Of a DNA stretch of 64,000 nt, positions 37,561 to 50,420 are shown one piece after another; position 1 is the stretch's first letter, and each line of letters opens with the position of its first letter. This DNA is from Lama glama. Its lineage: Eukaryota. The position numbers were made by a program, and so were the translations under genes. The DNA lies in contig CM052830.1 of the NCBI GenBank assembly GCA_028534125.1, positions 22,878,001 to 22,942,000 on the forward strand, given 5' to 3'. Under the pieces are notes generated by a model that saw only the letters and a list, made by a program, of their open reading frames with translations, was not told the origin of the DNA and ran no database searches.

Positions 37561-40500
37561 GTGTCCTCTCGTGCTTAGCGCCCCACTCGCCTGGGCTCTG
37601 TTCATTTACAAAGGCTGCTGATGCCTGCCTCCTGCAGGAAAGGTTCTAGGGAAATCACGGTTTGGTTTCCAAGCTGGGACTGTGAAGAAGTCCTTTAACC
37701 TTGCTGGCCCATTTGCAAGAAGGAGAGGATTCTTGTTTTTCACATGTTAGACGTCCTGAAGGAAAACAACCCGCCTGACTGCGCTTTGGACGGTTTTGTG
37801 GAAAAGGGCTGAGTTCTCAGTCTATGACTGTCCTGGTTGCTGATATGCTGCTCTGGCTTCCTGCTGGCGGGGTGTGCCTTATCACACGGCCCTCCGGGGT
37901 GTGAGTTCTAAATTTTAAAAACCATCTTTCTTTAAACGCTTTCATCCACCGAACCAGCCCCTAAAACAGCCGGCTGGGAGGCTGGGAGTTTCTTGAGGGC
38001 AGAGGTGGCGTCTTACTCATCTCTGAGTTCCACATACTTGGTGCAAAAGAGACAGGACAGAAATGTGAGCTGAGGATAAAAGACCGGACAGTGGGAGACG
38101 GAAGGAAGCCACGGCTCTCTGCAGCATTACCTTGTCAAACGGAATCCACGCCTGCCAGCGAGCATCGCCTGAGCCCTGCCGGGCACTGCCTTAAAAACGG
38201 GGTGTTTGACACGAATGTTACCTCTAATGAGAGGGAGAGAGCATTGAGTATCAAGTGGAGTATGAAGTGAAGACTTAATATGTGTCCTTCATGGCAGCCG
38301 CAGCCCCTCGTCCCCTGATCTGGCAGGTTCCTGGGAAAAGAACGCCCAGCAGATGCCCTGGGACGGCGCCCTGATGTCACTGCCCTTCTGCGGCAGACCA
38401 GCTGCCAGCCACTCAGATCCACATCTTTTCCGTCCAAGACTGCAGATGCCAGAGCGACAAGGCACCTGGCCAAGAGAAAACAAAGGCCCAGCCTAATCAG
38501 AGCCTGTTGAGGGTGAGAAAGGTCACGGCCAAGAGGCCCACACATCAGAAATGGGAAAGAAAACAGGCAGCTGTTAGGGACTCTGATGGGCAAGTCTGCA
38601 CTTCCCCAGCACAGGGACAGTCCCAGGGCAGTCACGAGGCGGCCTGAGGTTGGCTGGGACCCGCTCCCCAGAATGCGTGTCTGATCAGAGAGCTGGACAC
38701 CCGTGAACTCCTCCAAGGCACTTTCCGCCTGGAGACCGCAGAGGAGGGGAGCCCCGCCTCTGAGCTGAGCGGCCAAAGCCCGCACTGCCCCTCTCACCTT
38801 GAAGCAGGAAGCACAAGGCACAGGGCCGCCTCCACCAGGACCCTGCAGCCGGCCCGGAGGGAAGACGTCCTTCTCCCCCCAGCGTCCCAGGCTCCCCATG
38901 GGAGCACCACCGTTGGGGAGGCTTCCTGGGGGGTGGGGGGCTCAAACGGAGTCTGGGTGAGCTTGACGGGACACAGACCCACAGGCAGCCATCCATGGAC
39001 TCGTCACTCAAATATCTCCCGAGGGCCTCTGTGTACCAGGCACAGTTCTAGGTGTCGATTACTCAGCATGGACGAGACAGACAGGCCAGCTGCCGGCGGG
39101 GATAATGAACCCTGCCCTAACCTCGGGACAGGCACTGGGTCCTACAACGTTGATGTCACAAGACTTGAACTGGGGCTCAAATCCCAGGCACGCTGCATTC
39201 TAACTTTGTACCCCCGACTTCCCTGGACTTGTGGGGAGGGTTAAACGAGGGCGGTAATTTGAAGGACCCCAGACAGGGCCCTTGCCTCTCCCTCGGCCTC
39301 CTGATTTTCTTTCCTCTATGCTCTACAGCCAGGAACTGCCACACATGCATGTACCCACGCACACGCGTACATCATCCTTAAAACAAGATGCCCGTCCTCT
39401 GCATCCGTGATCTCCTATCCGCACAGCCACCTGCCATGTAGGTGTTCGTGGTCTCTGCAGACCCCCAGCTACCGGCTGCCGGGCTCCGGGTCCATCATTG
39501 TAGCCGCACTGGCTGCGACCTGAGCTTCCCAGAGGCAACGCCGAGCCCAGCAGGTCCGCGGAGACAAGTCTGTTCCCAGTAGATCGGATCCTCTAACAGC
39601 TGGCTTTGACTCCAGGGCTCCCCGCTGGGCCTCGCTGAGCCCTTCTTGGAAATCTGGGCTCCTCCCCTGCAACTCCCTTCCCTCTGTCCCTCTATTGAGG
39701 ACAGACCTGCACTGCTGCGTGGCCGTTCTAGGCGCCACGTTTCCCCTAGTCAAACCTTTGTCCGGTTAATCCTGTCTTGGTGTCTGCTTCTTGCAAGACC
39801 CTGACAGACAGAATCTTATTATCTCTGTGTTACAGATGGGGAAGTAACCAGCCCTGTGACACAGAAGGGATGAGAAAAGGGTTGGAATGCGATATGAGCT
39901 GTTTGAGAATCTAAATGACACGGACGCCACCCACCCCTCCCACAAAGAGCCCCAGAGGTGGGCTGAGAGGTGGCTTCCGGGAAGCTGGACACCTTCCCCA
40001 GGTCCCGCACTGATTAGCAGTGGGTCAAGACCAAAGCCTAGGTCTCCAGCAAGTGCATCTAGGATTCCTCCCCTGCCCCGCTGCGCTCGGAGCCAGGCCG
40101 CACGAGAGCCGCCCCAGCGAGAGAGGGAGAGCACGGGCCTCTGCGGGCCACCCTGCCCTGGGCTGCCCGCAAGCCGCAGCAGGCTTCCGCACTTTTAGTA
40201 AGCGTGTCTGGGGACAACCATTTCATAAAAGTCAATCCGCTCTGGGTCAGAGCCGCAGAGACTGACAGCTCCACGTCTCCCCAGAAGTGTTCAGACGTGG
40301 AGCCACATTTCTGCCCAGGGATCTGGCCACCCGAGACCTGACTGTCTTCAGATGAAACCGAGGGTTCTTGCATCCACATCCAAACTTTCTCGGCCCGCCC
40401 AGTCAGTCCGAGAGATTTCAGAGCTGCTTGCCCCATGCCAGGAGCAGCCCGAGGAAGGGCAGCCACCCCTCCGTCACCATCCCAGGCCGAACACCTAGGT

Positions 40501-41489
40501 GGCTGGGGGAGACGCCCCAGCACCACCACAGGAAAACCAATCAAGGCGGTCTAGATGACTGTAGCAGAAGGCTGGACGGGGAGACAAACAGCTTTGCCGG
40601 CCAGAGGCCCCTGAGAGGCGCGCAGGAGAGGGAGCTCAGTTCCCCGCCTGCCCCCGGGAGGCTCACAGCCGGGGGAGCCAGTGAATGCGGCCTTCCTCCC
40701 CTCTCGCCAAGGCCAGCGGGCAGGTAAACAGGCTAGTTAGTGTCCGTGCCATTCAAACCTCTTAAATGTCAACTGATGCCTGTTTTATTTCAAGTTACTC
40801 ATGGAAGTAGCCTCCCTCTTACTCTTGGTGGCGGGCAGAGCAGTGGACCAGGGTCGGCCACGGCAGAGACAGAGAGAGAAAGTGAGAAAAAATGAGTGGG
40901 TTTATGAAAGCACTGCCTTCAGACTGGGCCCCGGGAGACCCGAGGGCAGGAAGGAAAAGGCTAATGGTTACCGAGGGCTCTGCTCCCTTGCCAGGCACGG
41001 GCGGGCCGACTCACGTGCGTGTGTCCTCCAGTCTTCGCAGCAACTCAGACAGGCGGTATTACTATTATTTCCATTTTACTTCAGAAGAAGAAACTGAAGT
41101 TCAGAGTGGGGAAGCAACTCTCCCAACAGATTATGGGCCAGGCCTGTATCTTACCAAGTCGGCCCACCAGTAAACCTTACTGTATCCACCACCACAGTGC
41201 ATGATGCCCTGTTTCCTCAACGCCTTCGTGTGCCGTTTTGATTTCATGATCTCATGGAACTCTTACGACCACCTTACAGAGTCTGCCACACGCATTTCTG
41301 AGCAGCGAGGACAAAGACTCAGGAAGGTCACACAGCTGGTAAGTGAGGGGTGGAAGGGCACAGGGCTCCACACACCGTGAGTCCCTCCCACGGGTGCCCA
41401 GGCGCGGCTGCAGCCACTTTTCACGCGGCCCGGGAGGGCGTAACAATACGAGCAAAGGTACTGAACTCTTACTCATTTAACTCTGAGAG

Positions 41490-41700
41490 AAATGGAGGTA
41501 CTGGGGATCGAACCCCGGATCTCACGCATGCCGAGCACGCACGTCACCACGAAGCTGTTACCCTCCCCACCTTTCTGGGGGAGGGAGGTAATTAGGCTTA
41601 TGCATTTAATCATTTCTTTAGTGGAGGCGCTGGGGTTTGAACCCAGGACCTCGTCCATGCTACGCACGTGCTCCACCACCTGAGCTACATATACTTCGCC
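41490..41700 (-). mobile_element. Two tandem tRNA-derived camelid SINE units
   Basis: Reverse complement: gtagctcaggtggtggagcac...gaggtcctgggttcaaaccccagcgcctcca...cctaattacctccc, then ggggagggtaacagc...gggttcgatccccagtacctccat. Confidence 0.85.
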
Positions 41701-41709
41701 CCGACACGG

Positions 41710-41810
41710 AACACGGACGGAGCGTTCACCACGGGCCCAGCACCAGGCCAGGCCCTGCACGTGCCCCTCCCGTGCCGGCGCCGCAGCCCGCGGGCGGGGC
41801 TCCCACGGGA
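41710..41810 (-). mobile_element. MIR fragment converted to GC/CpG-rich sequence
   Basis: aacacggacggagcgttcaccacgggcccagcaccaggccaggccctgcacgtg aligns without gaps to the recalled antisense MIR AACACTTACTGAGCACTTACTATGTGCCAGGCACTGTGCTAAGCACTTTACATG. Confidence 0.6.
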
Positions 41811-43147
41811 GACGCCGCGCGGCCTTCACTTTCCCGCTCAATTAAAACACGCTTTTGGGCTGCAGAAGCCTGTTAGGGCAGGTTGTTAAGGAAGCAGCAA
41901 GGACGTTTCGGGGGCTCACCCTGAACCGGAGTCCCTAAAAGAACCTTCTAGAAGTGACAGGCGGCGTGGGCCACCTCTCTCTCCAGCCTGAACCTCCCTG
42001 CTCCGACTTCCCAGGATGCAGCTCTGGCCTCTCAAGTCGACGAGGTTCCAGCCCAGGCTTGAGCTCACCCTCGGCCCGGCCACGGCCCGGTCGCCAGGCA
42101 GCCAGCTCCTTGTTTTTCCTCCCGTGATGATGGATACAACTTGTCAGGAAAGCTGGGAATATTTTTAGCTCCTAACTGATTTTTATCTAAATTTAACTTC
42201 GGGCCACGGCATCAGCAGAGTTCCAGAGGGCAGCCAGCGTTTTCGTGGTGACACATCGTAACGAGGCTCGGTACTTCTCAGACTGGGGCCGGGCCAGCGG
42301 CTGAAGCAGGGCAGGCGGCTCTTCGGGAGAGGGAGCCGGGCGCTGCAGGGCTGGCGGCCCGGATGGCAGGGCTGGCGGGCCTGCAGACGCCGCCCAGCCC
42401 CGGCCTCACAGAGGGGGCAACCGAGGCCCCGCGCCCGAGCGACTGGGACCACGCAGCCTGCTCCTGCTTCCTTCCACAACCCCACGGAGCCTCCAGGGAG
42501 CACAGGGGACAAGACAGAGGTGGCATGTGCAGAGGGCTGTGCTGTTTTATAAACCATAAAAGCAAACGCTCTGTGTCATGGAGCTCAAGTTTGCTGAACC
42601 CTGATCACCAGTCAGCAGCCCTAACCGTCTGGTTCAGCATATTTAATAAGACCATGGAAAGTGGACTTTTTCCAAGGTTCAGAGTTTTTAAAAAGTTCCA
42701 ATCAAAAAATGTCCGTGTGGCGCACTATTCTTTCTCCCCTGCTAAAAAAGCTGGCTCCTGGTGAGCAGGGCATTATCAGTGTGATTCACTGTTCTATTTC
42801 CAAAGCCCAGAATAGCACCTGGCACTCGGTGGACAAAGGATAAATGTTTATGAAGTGGCCGGCTGACTGACTGAACGCACAGGGAGTAAATGTGAGGAAG
42901 AGAATCAGCAAGCCGAACTGCCTCTCGGCGGGGAGAGGGGAGCAAAGCCGTGAGTGAAATAATGTGAAATCACACTTTTCCCCCTCCGCCCACCAATGTA
43001 CGCAGCCTCCAGTATCTTTCAGGAGAATGAGGTGGAGGGTTCTTGCATCATCTTATAAAAAGCAGACCTAAACACCCAAATGGCCACTATCATTCACGCA
43101 GCTGGCTAGATTACATGACTAAAGGCTGAATTAAGAAGAGAAAGAAA

Positions 43148-43852
43148 GAAATAGTATGGTAGTCCCTTCAAAAACTAAAAACAGAGATACCATATGATCC
43201 AGCAATTCCACTCCTGGGTACATATCTGGAAAAGATGAAAACTGTAATTTGAAAAGACACATGTACCCTAGTGTTCATAGCAGCACTATTTACAATCGGC
43301 AGGACATGCAAATAACCTAAATGTGCATCAACAGATGACAGANNNNNNNNNNNNNNNNNNNNNNNNNNNNNNNNNNNNNNNNNNNNNNNNNNNNNNNNNN
43401 NNNNNNNNNNNNNNNNNNNNNNNNNNNNNNNNNNNNNNNNNNNNNNNNNNNNNNNNNNNNNNNNNNNNNNNNNNNNNNNNNGTGAAATACGTCAGAAAGA
43501 GAAAGAAAAATATATCTCTTATATACAGAATCTAAAAAAAGATACAAATGAACTTACTTACAAAACAGAAACAGACTCACAGACATAGAAAACAAACTTA
43601 TGGTTACCAAAGGGGGAAAGGAGGGGAGGGATAAATTAGGAGTTTTGCATGAGCAGATACACACTACTATACACAAAACAGATGAACAACAAGGTCCTAC
43701 TGTACAGCACAGGGAACTATATTCAATATCTTATAATAAACTATAATGGCAAATAATCTGGAAAAAATACATATATAACTGAATCACTTTGCTTTACACC
43801 TGAAACTGGGATAATTTTATAAATCAATTATACTCCAATCAAAAAAAAAAAA
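43148..43852 (+). mobile_element. 5'-truncated L1 with TSD, spanning an assembly gap
   Basis: L1 ORF2 end, 3' UTR and poly(A). TSD aagaagagaaagaaa (43133-43147) / aagaagagaaaggaa (43853-43867). Confidence 0.92.
43343..43481. other. Assembly gap (139 N)
   Basis: Run of N. Confidence 1.
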
Positions 43853-44394
43853 AAGAAGAGAAAGGAATAGAAACAAGAGAAATGAAGACAAGAGGAGCTC
43901 AAAAATACAGTGACACAGCCCACTAACGACAGAGGGGTCCCAGTGGGCCCACAGCAGGATGCAACGCGAGTCTAGAGGCCCTCCTCAGAGCCAGGGTTTT
44001 TAGTATTTTCAGTCAGGTCACACTGGGGTTTGGGAGGACACACAACCCAGTCAGCCAGGCAGTGAAGAGGGTGGCATTCCTCTTCGTCCCACTCCTCCCT
44101 TTGGTGACTTGGTGAGGACAGACACTGGCCTTCCTTACAGTCCCTCTGTTGACACGGAGCGGTCACCGCTCTCACTGACACGGCTGAACTAATTAGCATG
44201 GCCCGCGCCTCCGGCGGCGTCAGCTGTCCCAGGCCCCACACGGCAACACAGTTATTTTCACAAGCGGGTCACTAAATATATAAACATAAAAGGCTGTATT
44301 TGTGTATATTTGAAGGCACACGATACGGGGAGTGAGGTGAAGAAAAAGGAGCAAGAGAGAAAAGCAGGATTCAAAAAAGAGAAATCCAAATACA

Positions 44395-44800
44395 GCTTTA
44401 TTTATCAAATGCCCATTATATGCTCAGCACTGTATCACAAAGAATTTTTAGAGGGAGGGAATCTGGATAGAGGAAAGCATATGAGATTCAAAAAATAAAT
44501 ATGACAGAGCTCTTGACTTCACAGAGCTTCAATTTGTTAGGTAGACAAAATGAACATAAACAGTCATATATAAAAAAAAATACATACTTAGCATAGTAAA
44601 GCATTAGTGAACCCTTTTACAAATCTCATGACTCAGAAGTCCCAAGAAAGGAAGCTCTAGGTGGGTCAAGTCAGTCTGGGAGGGCTTCCTGAGGGAGATG
44701 ACCACAACACAGTGGGTGGAGGCTAAGATTCGGACTGGCAGGAGCTGTCTGAAACAAAGGTGTGTGGCAGGACAGTGTGAGCTCCATAAGCCTGGGAATT
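44395..44800 (-). mobile_element. L2 fragments
   Basis: tttatcaaatgcccattatatgctcagcactgt; ctcttgacttcacagagctt; gggagggcttcctgagggagatgac. Confidence 0.5.
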
Positions 44801-45239
44801 TATGCATTTCATGGGAGGACAAAAGGCGACCATGAACAACTACAAGGGGGAAACAGAATAAAATGAGTGCTCTATTATGGGAGGGTTCAGTTGTTAACTG
44901 AGTGTCCTTTTCATGGACCCAACTAACATTTACCCTGCCCACAACCAGCTGCTTTCACACATACTGTCTCCTTTGATCACCACCTGAGAAGAAGGTCCTG
45001 TTCCCTTTCACAGGTGGACAATCAAGACCAAACATCACAAAACCAGGAGGATTAGAGGCGACACGCTGCTCAGGCTGTTGGCCTCCCAAGCCTCTGCTCT
45101 TTCGACTCTTTCTTACTGCTGAAGCTTCATGCTGCCTACCCCCATTTCTGTTCTCTTTCCTGCCACTACCTCTCAGCTACAGCTGCAATACACCTCAAAT
45201 CACTCCTGATTCATATTAGCAATATATTTTTTCGCTTTT

Positions 45240-45390
45240 CCATCCTCATCACCACCACCATCATTATCACTCTCACCACCACCACCACCACCACCGTTAT
45301 CACCATGACTACCACCATCACTGCCAACATCAACACCATCAGGACCACCATCATCACCATCACCATTATCATCACCACCATTGTCATCAC
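45240..45390. repeat. (CAC/CAT)n trinucleotide low-complexity repeat
   Basis: catcaccaccaccatcattatcac... It abuts a MIR at about 45395-45600. Confidence 0.92.
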
Positions 45391-47490
45391 TTGCCAATCA
45401 CTGAGTGTTCACTGTAGACCAGATATCGGCTCTGGACTGGGCATTAACATTTAAGGCCTTGACACACATTCACTCATTGAATCCTAACAACAGCCATGCC
45501 ACTTATTATCACCACTTTGTGGATGAGGACACTAAGGCTTGAAGAAGTGAAATCACTGGCTCCCGGTCACATCAGCGAGTGGCCGAAAGCTGGGCTCAAA
45601 ATGCATCTTTCCTTCTCCCACGCCATCCGCTTCATGCTATACCCAGCCGACTAAGTTCCACCCTGGCAGCTCTGCAGAGCAGTTACATGAAATTATTAAG
45701 CAGATGTCCTTGCTCTAGCAGAACACAACATTTATTACTGAGGCGGAAATTGTTAGAGGAATTTGCCATAATGTATTTTACATGCATATCATTAGAATTA
45801 CTCAGGGGTGAGAGGGAAAAATTTCCCAGTAAAAGGCTTTCTGGCTTTGATGTCATCATAAACCCTGGACAAACTATCCACAGTTCCTGGAGACTCTTTT
45901 GTTCAATTTATGTCATACTTAGAAGTCAAATGGGCTCTAATTTAGCATTTCCTTTGACTCCTCTCTGATCTGGGCTCGGCATTTCAGCAGCTGAGCCCCA
46001 AATGCAGAGGTTTGGGGGAAAAGAAATCCCTGTGCCCTGTTGCTAGCCCATTTCGCAGCTGTGGAAGTTGAGGCTTGCAACAATCGTGAATCACGTGATC
46101 CCGCACCCTGACCTGAGCTCCAAGGAGGATGGAGGCTGTGACATACGCCGCCTTTGAACCCCCATGGACCATACTAAGGATCTCTAGGTGTCCAAGTTCC
46201 CTGCATCCTTTCCATCCTCATGTCTGCCTCCTTCCTTCCACTGGTGTGAGCTCTGCACAGACAAACACGGGTTCCTCAGTCATCTCTCTATGTCCAGTGC
46301 CAGACTCAGGACGGGCCGGCACCCACTGGGTACTTGGGGACTGCTCAACTGAGTGATGGAGGGGAAAACTCCCCATCACGAAATCGAAGGGAAAAAGGAG
46401 GCAAGCACACTGTACGTTACAGGAGAGGGTCTGGCTCCTGCGGATGAGAGGAACGGTTCCCGGACACGCGTGCAGTTTGTGACAACACTGTGCGCAACAA
46501 GGGAAGCCTGGAGAGAGCCTCATGTTCGGTCATGGGGGTGGGTCTATAAATTACCACACACTCACACGGTGAGCCACCGTAAAGCTGTATTAAAATGGTG
46601 CCACAGCACACACAGTGTCACGGGGCAAGCGTTTGTTCTTGGGAGGTAAAAACAAAGATCTCAGACACTGTAATTACCTGTGGCCCTCCAAAGCCCCAGG
46701 TGAAGCACCGCAGCACATAGACACTCATGCAGTGTATCTGTGGCGTTAAGCTTTCACGGTGGCCCTGCAAGGACTCCTTAGCGGAGCGATAAAGGAGAGG
46801 CTGAGGATCGCGGCTGCGGTAGGACCATTCACAACGGGGTCGACAGGCAAGATGCTACACGAGGAACGGCGGGACGGAGGCGTGACACCCCTTCGGCAGA
46901 ACACACAGCCCGACAGAGGGAGTGAGAAATTCACTGGAAGAAACAGAAGCTGTAACTTTCAGTCATATTTTCTGAGTCACGGGCTACAGATCATTTTTAT
47001 TTTCTCCTTATCTGCATCTTCTGAAGTTCCTCTCATCGCCACAATCCTCGGAGGAACAAGGGCTGTGTGTGGTGTTTCCGAGTCAGGTTCCTGCGTTCAT
47101 CTCGTGCTAAACTGAAGGCAGCTGCTTCATCCTTTCTCCTCCTTCCCATCCGCCAGCTCTCCTCTTGTCGTGCAGGGCACTCGGCAGACTTAACTGGCAC
47201 CCAAGGCTTTTGCTCAGGATGACCTTCCTGGAACCTAAACCAGTTGGCAGCGCTACAGCCAGTTTTCAGGAAATCTGAGAAACCTGCCTGGGCCCCGCCT
47301 CACCCTCTCCTGCGATTCTCCCCCTCAGCTCTTCGCTGGCTGTCCGAACAACCCCAACTGCTTCCCAGCGGGCCTCACTGGGATTTTAGTGGATTCTTCC
47401 CCCTCTTAAGCTGCCACCATATGCCTACCTCGTAGGCCTCCTCAACCTGCAAGGCTGGCCACAGGCTCCTTCTGTGACCTTGAATTCTCT

Positions 47491-48002
47491 GGTGTGGCAG
47501 CCGGCCTCCAAAATGGCCCTCACACGGTCAGTGCCTCCTGCTGTTCACCACTCTGTGCAGTCTCCCCACGCTCCGATCAGGACTAGCCTGTGCAACCAAC
47601 ACAGGACCACGAAGGTGACAGTTTCGACTCCCTTACTAGGCCACTAAGGATGTGGCACTTTCCACTTTGCCTCTCTGATTACCTGCCTGGTTGAAAGCCA
47701 GCTACCACGTCAGGAAGGTTCTCAGTAGCCCTGTGCAGAGGCCCACGGGGAGTGGAATTGAGGCCTCCTGCCAACAGCCAGCCCCAAACTGCCAGCCCTG
47801 GGAGTGAGCTGCTGTGGGCATCCATCCTCCAGCCCCAGTCAGGCCTTCACACAACAGCAGCCCCAGCCACTCCGCGAGGAACACCAGCCACAACCACCCA
47901 GCCAAGCCACTTCCAAATTCTCAGCCTACAGAAATGTTGATAAATATTTGGTTTTTTTTTTTAAGCCACTTAGTTTGGGGATCATTTGTTATGCAGCAAC
48001 AA
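47491..48002 (+). mobile_element. MLT1-family (MaLR) LTR
   Basis: tgtggcagccggcctccaaaatggccc...ccagccccagtcaggccttca...tttaagccacttagtttggggatcatttgttatgcagcaa. Confidence 0.8.
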
Positions 48003-50366
48003 CAACGCATTTGTGTTTTTAGAATTCTGCTACCCCCTGAGGCCATGTGAAAGAGACAGGGTTGACAGTTTTTGCATAGGAAGAAATCATAATGATTTAA
48101 CAAACCCGTGAGTTATTCTGGTCTGCTCCTTGGGCTAAATTTCCTCACTTTTTTCTGGATGGGTCTGATAACCAAATATCCTCCAGCAGGGGCCGAGTCT
48201 GTCCAGCCAGTCTGTCTACAATCTCAGCTTCCCGATCTCTTTGCTTCATGCAAACCCTCTTTTTCCGCAAGTACAGTACAGAGTCAGTAGGTACAGATCA
48301 GGCAGACGAGGGGGCCAGCTCCTCAGAGTTCCTGAAAAGTCACCGATCCCCTCCAGGCAGAATCCCACTGCAATGTTGGACCTGCAGTGGATTTTTTTAA
48401 ACCATTAGTAGGTGCATTTTAATGTACTCTGAGCTTGGTTTCAACTTAACTTGAACCATATTAAAACCCCCCAAAGAAATCTATGTTATCATTTTACTCA
48501 GTTCTCAGTTTGCCCTTTAGTTCTCATGGACCTCGACTGCTGTTAACATTTGCAATTGTTGACTCTGGCTTTTATTTGTTTTAGCTGCTTTTCAGGGTTT
48601 TGAGAAAGTAAAAATTTTTTGGCCCCTATTAAACTGACTATAATATTTTAAGATTCCTTTCAACTTTGCTCACATTAGCCCATTTTTGTTTTAACAGGTC
48701 TTAAGTTGTTTCAGCTGTTTTTCAGCTAAAGATTTCAACTTAAAATCATCATCTGAGATTACAGCATTTTAAGAATGCAATTATTTTTGTTTCCGTGCTT
48801 TCACATTCATAACTGCTTTTAATATTTTAAGACCTTATTTAGGTTCTATTCTTGGAAAACAACTTCAAAATGTTGTGGGGAAAGGGAAAATTATTTTAAA
48901 AGATTATTTTAACCTTATGTTTAAATACAAAGAGCTGACAGAAAAGTTTTAATGAGGAGAGTTCATGAAGACTCAGGAAATCTTGGTCCCAGCTCTGCTT
49001 GGCTCAGTCAAAGTCATTCCACCTCTCCCCGTCTCAGTTTACTCACCGGCAAAATGAGTCACTACACGGGGTCACCTTCAGAAGGCGGCACGGCAACTGT
49101 TACGGCAGTAGTTCCAATCTCCCCAGTTTTTGTCACCGCATGGATTTCTCTATGTCCACACTTTAAAAAACTTATTTGCAAAAGACATCTTGTCTTACCC
49201 TCGTTAAGTGGAAAACCCACATCAATTTCCGTCAATGAAAGGTCACAAGGAAAATAAATACAAAAGAAAACCAAACGGTGTTATTCAATTTGGGGTGGAT
49301 GCTGTTGAAGGCTAGCCCAGTCTGAGAATTGTTGGCGATAACTAAAACCCAACTGAGCATTTTTCTCGATGTTAAAAAAAAAGAGATGTCGCGTGGGGCT
49401 GAAAAAGAGCTAAAAAAGGATGGCTTTCTCATTTTATGAGTCAGTGTTAGGTAATGAAGTTTCTTGGTTCCACCTAAAGTCCGGGGATGAGCAGCCACCC
49501 GCAGAGTGAGGCTCCTACTTCCTGAAAAGCTGCTGAAAGGTGTGCAGTGGAGCAAAGCATTGAGAGACAGTCCAGGAACAGGCTTCCGCGGCTGTTCAGA
49601 TCTCCCCTCCTCTGCGGTGTCTGTCTCTTTACCAATTCAAGATAGATTGCGTTGTATGAAAAGGCCAGAAATGTGAGCTGCCGACCTATTTTCAATCCTA
49701 GGACTATCCGGGGTCTTTGAGAAGGGAATAATCTCTTGTACAAAGAAGAGTCCCTTCTTCTGGAAGGTGGTGCCCCCGTGAGAAGAGGAGAAGGAAAGAG
49801 CTTGGGAGAAAGGGAGTTGCTGTAACACAGAGACGCTCAGCAAATAATTCTGAGGTCGCTTCGTTCTGGGTTAGCTGGTGGTCTTTAGTATGTTCCAAAT
49901 ATGCAGAAGTGTTCTGTGAGCTCCAGGCTTACACCAAATGTAAGGCCTTATGGAGTTATCCCGTTGGACTGTGATGTGGTCATTATGGGTCACAGCAGAA
50001 TGACCTCACGCAGTTTACCCTGATGTGGGACAATGACTCATTCCAAGGCCATCTTGGGGGAACTGGGGGTTCACTAGGGGTGACTCAGCGAACGTGAACT
50101 CCCGAGTCAGCATTTCCCAAAGCACTTTCTTAGGAATGTTAGTGCCAAGAGATTTCTGTTTAAAAAAAAAATCTCAATTTTAAAAAACTTCTGTGACCTT
50201 TTTGGCAAAGTCTGGTTACTATAACTTCCTTTTGAAAATCTGTAATCCCCACTAGCAGGGTAAAAGCTCTGAGAAGTCCTGCGATAAAGAATTTGCTTTC
50301 TTTGTTTAATCAGATGTTTGTAACTCGTCGGCAAATAAGCTTTCGTGGCTAGCCTAGCGAACTCAC

Positions 50367-50420
50367 GTTCGGGGTCGTCCTGACTGACTTCGAGCAGGGC
50401 ACCGCCACCAGCACGGCACG
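50367..50420 (-). other. Candidate 54-nt internal exon (unknown transcript)
   Basis: Minus strand: tttttctttgtctcgatcccag|CGTGCC...CCCCGAAC|gtgagt has a good acceptor and a consensus donor. The exon is GC/CpG-rich within AT-rich flanks, and no peptide is recognisable. Confidence 0.35.

Noticed and set aside
41492-41683. tRNA-like sequences (also 11686-11760)
   Set aside because: These are SINE heads with degenerate stems and SINE tails, not tRNA genes.
31723-43481. Two N-runs of identical length (139)
   Set aside because: An assembly or scaffolding artefact. The true gap sizes are uncertain.
45200-45397. Asp/Gly-rich ORF
   Set aside because: Translation of a (CAC/CAT)n simple repeat.
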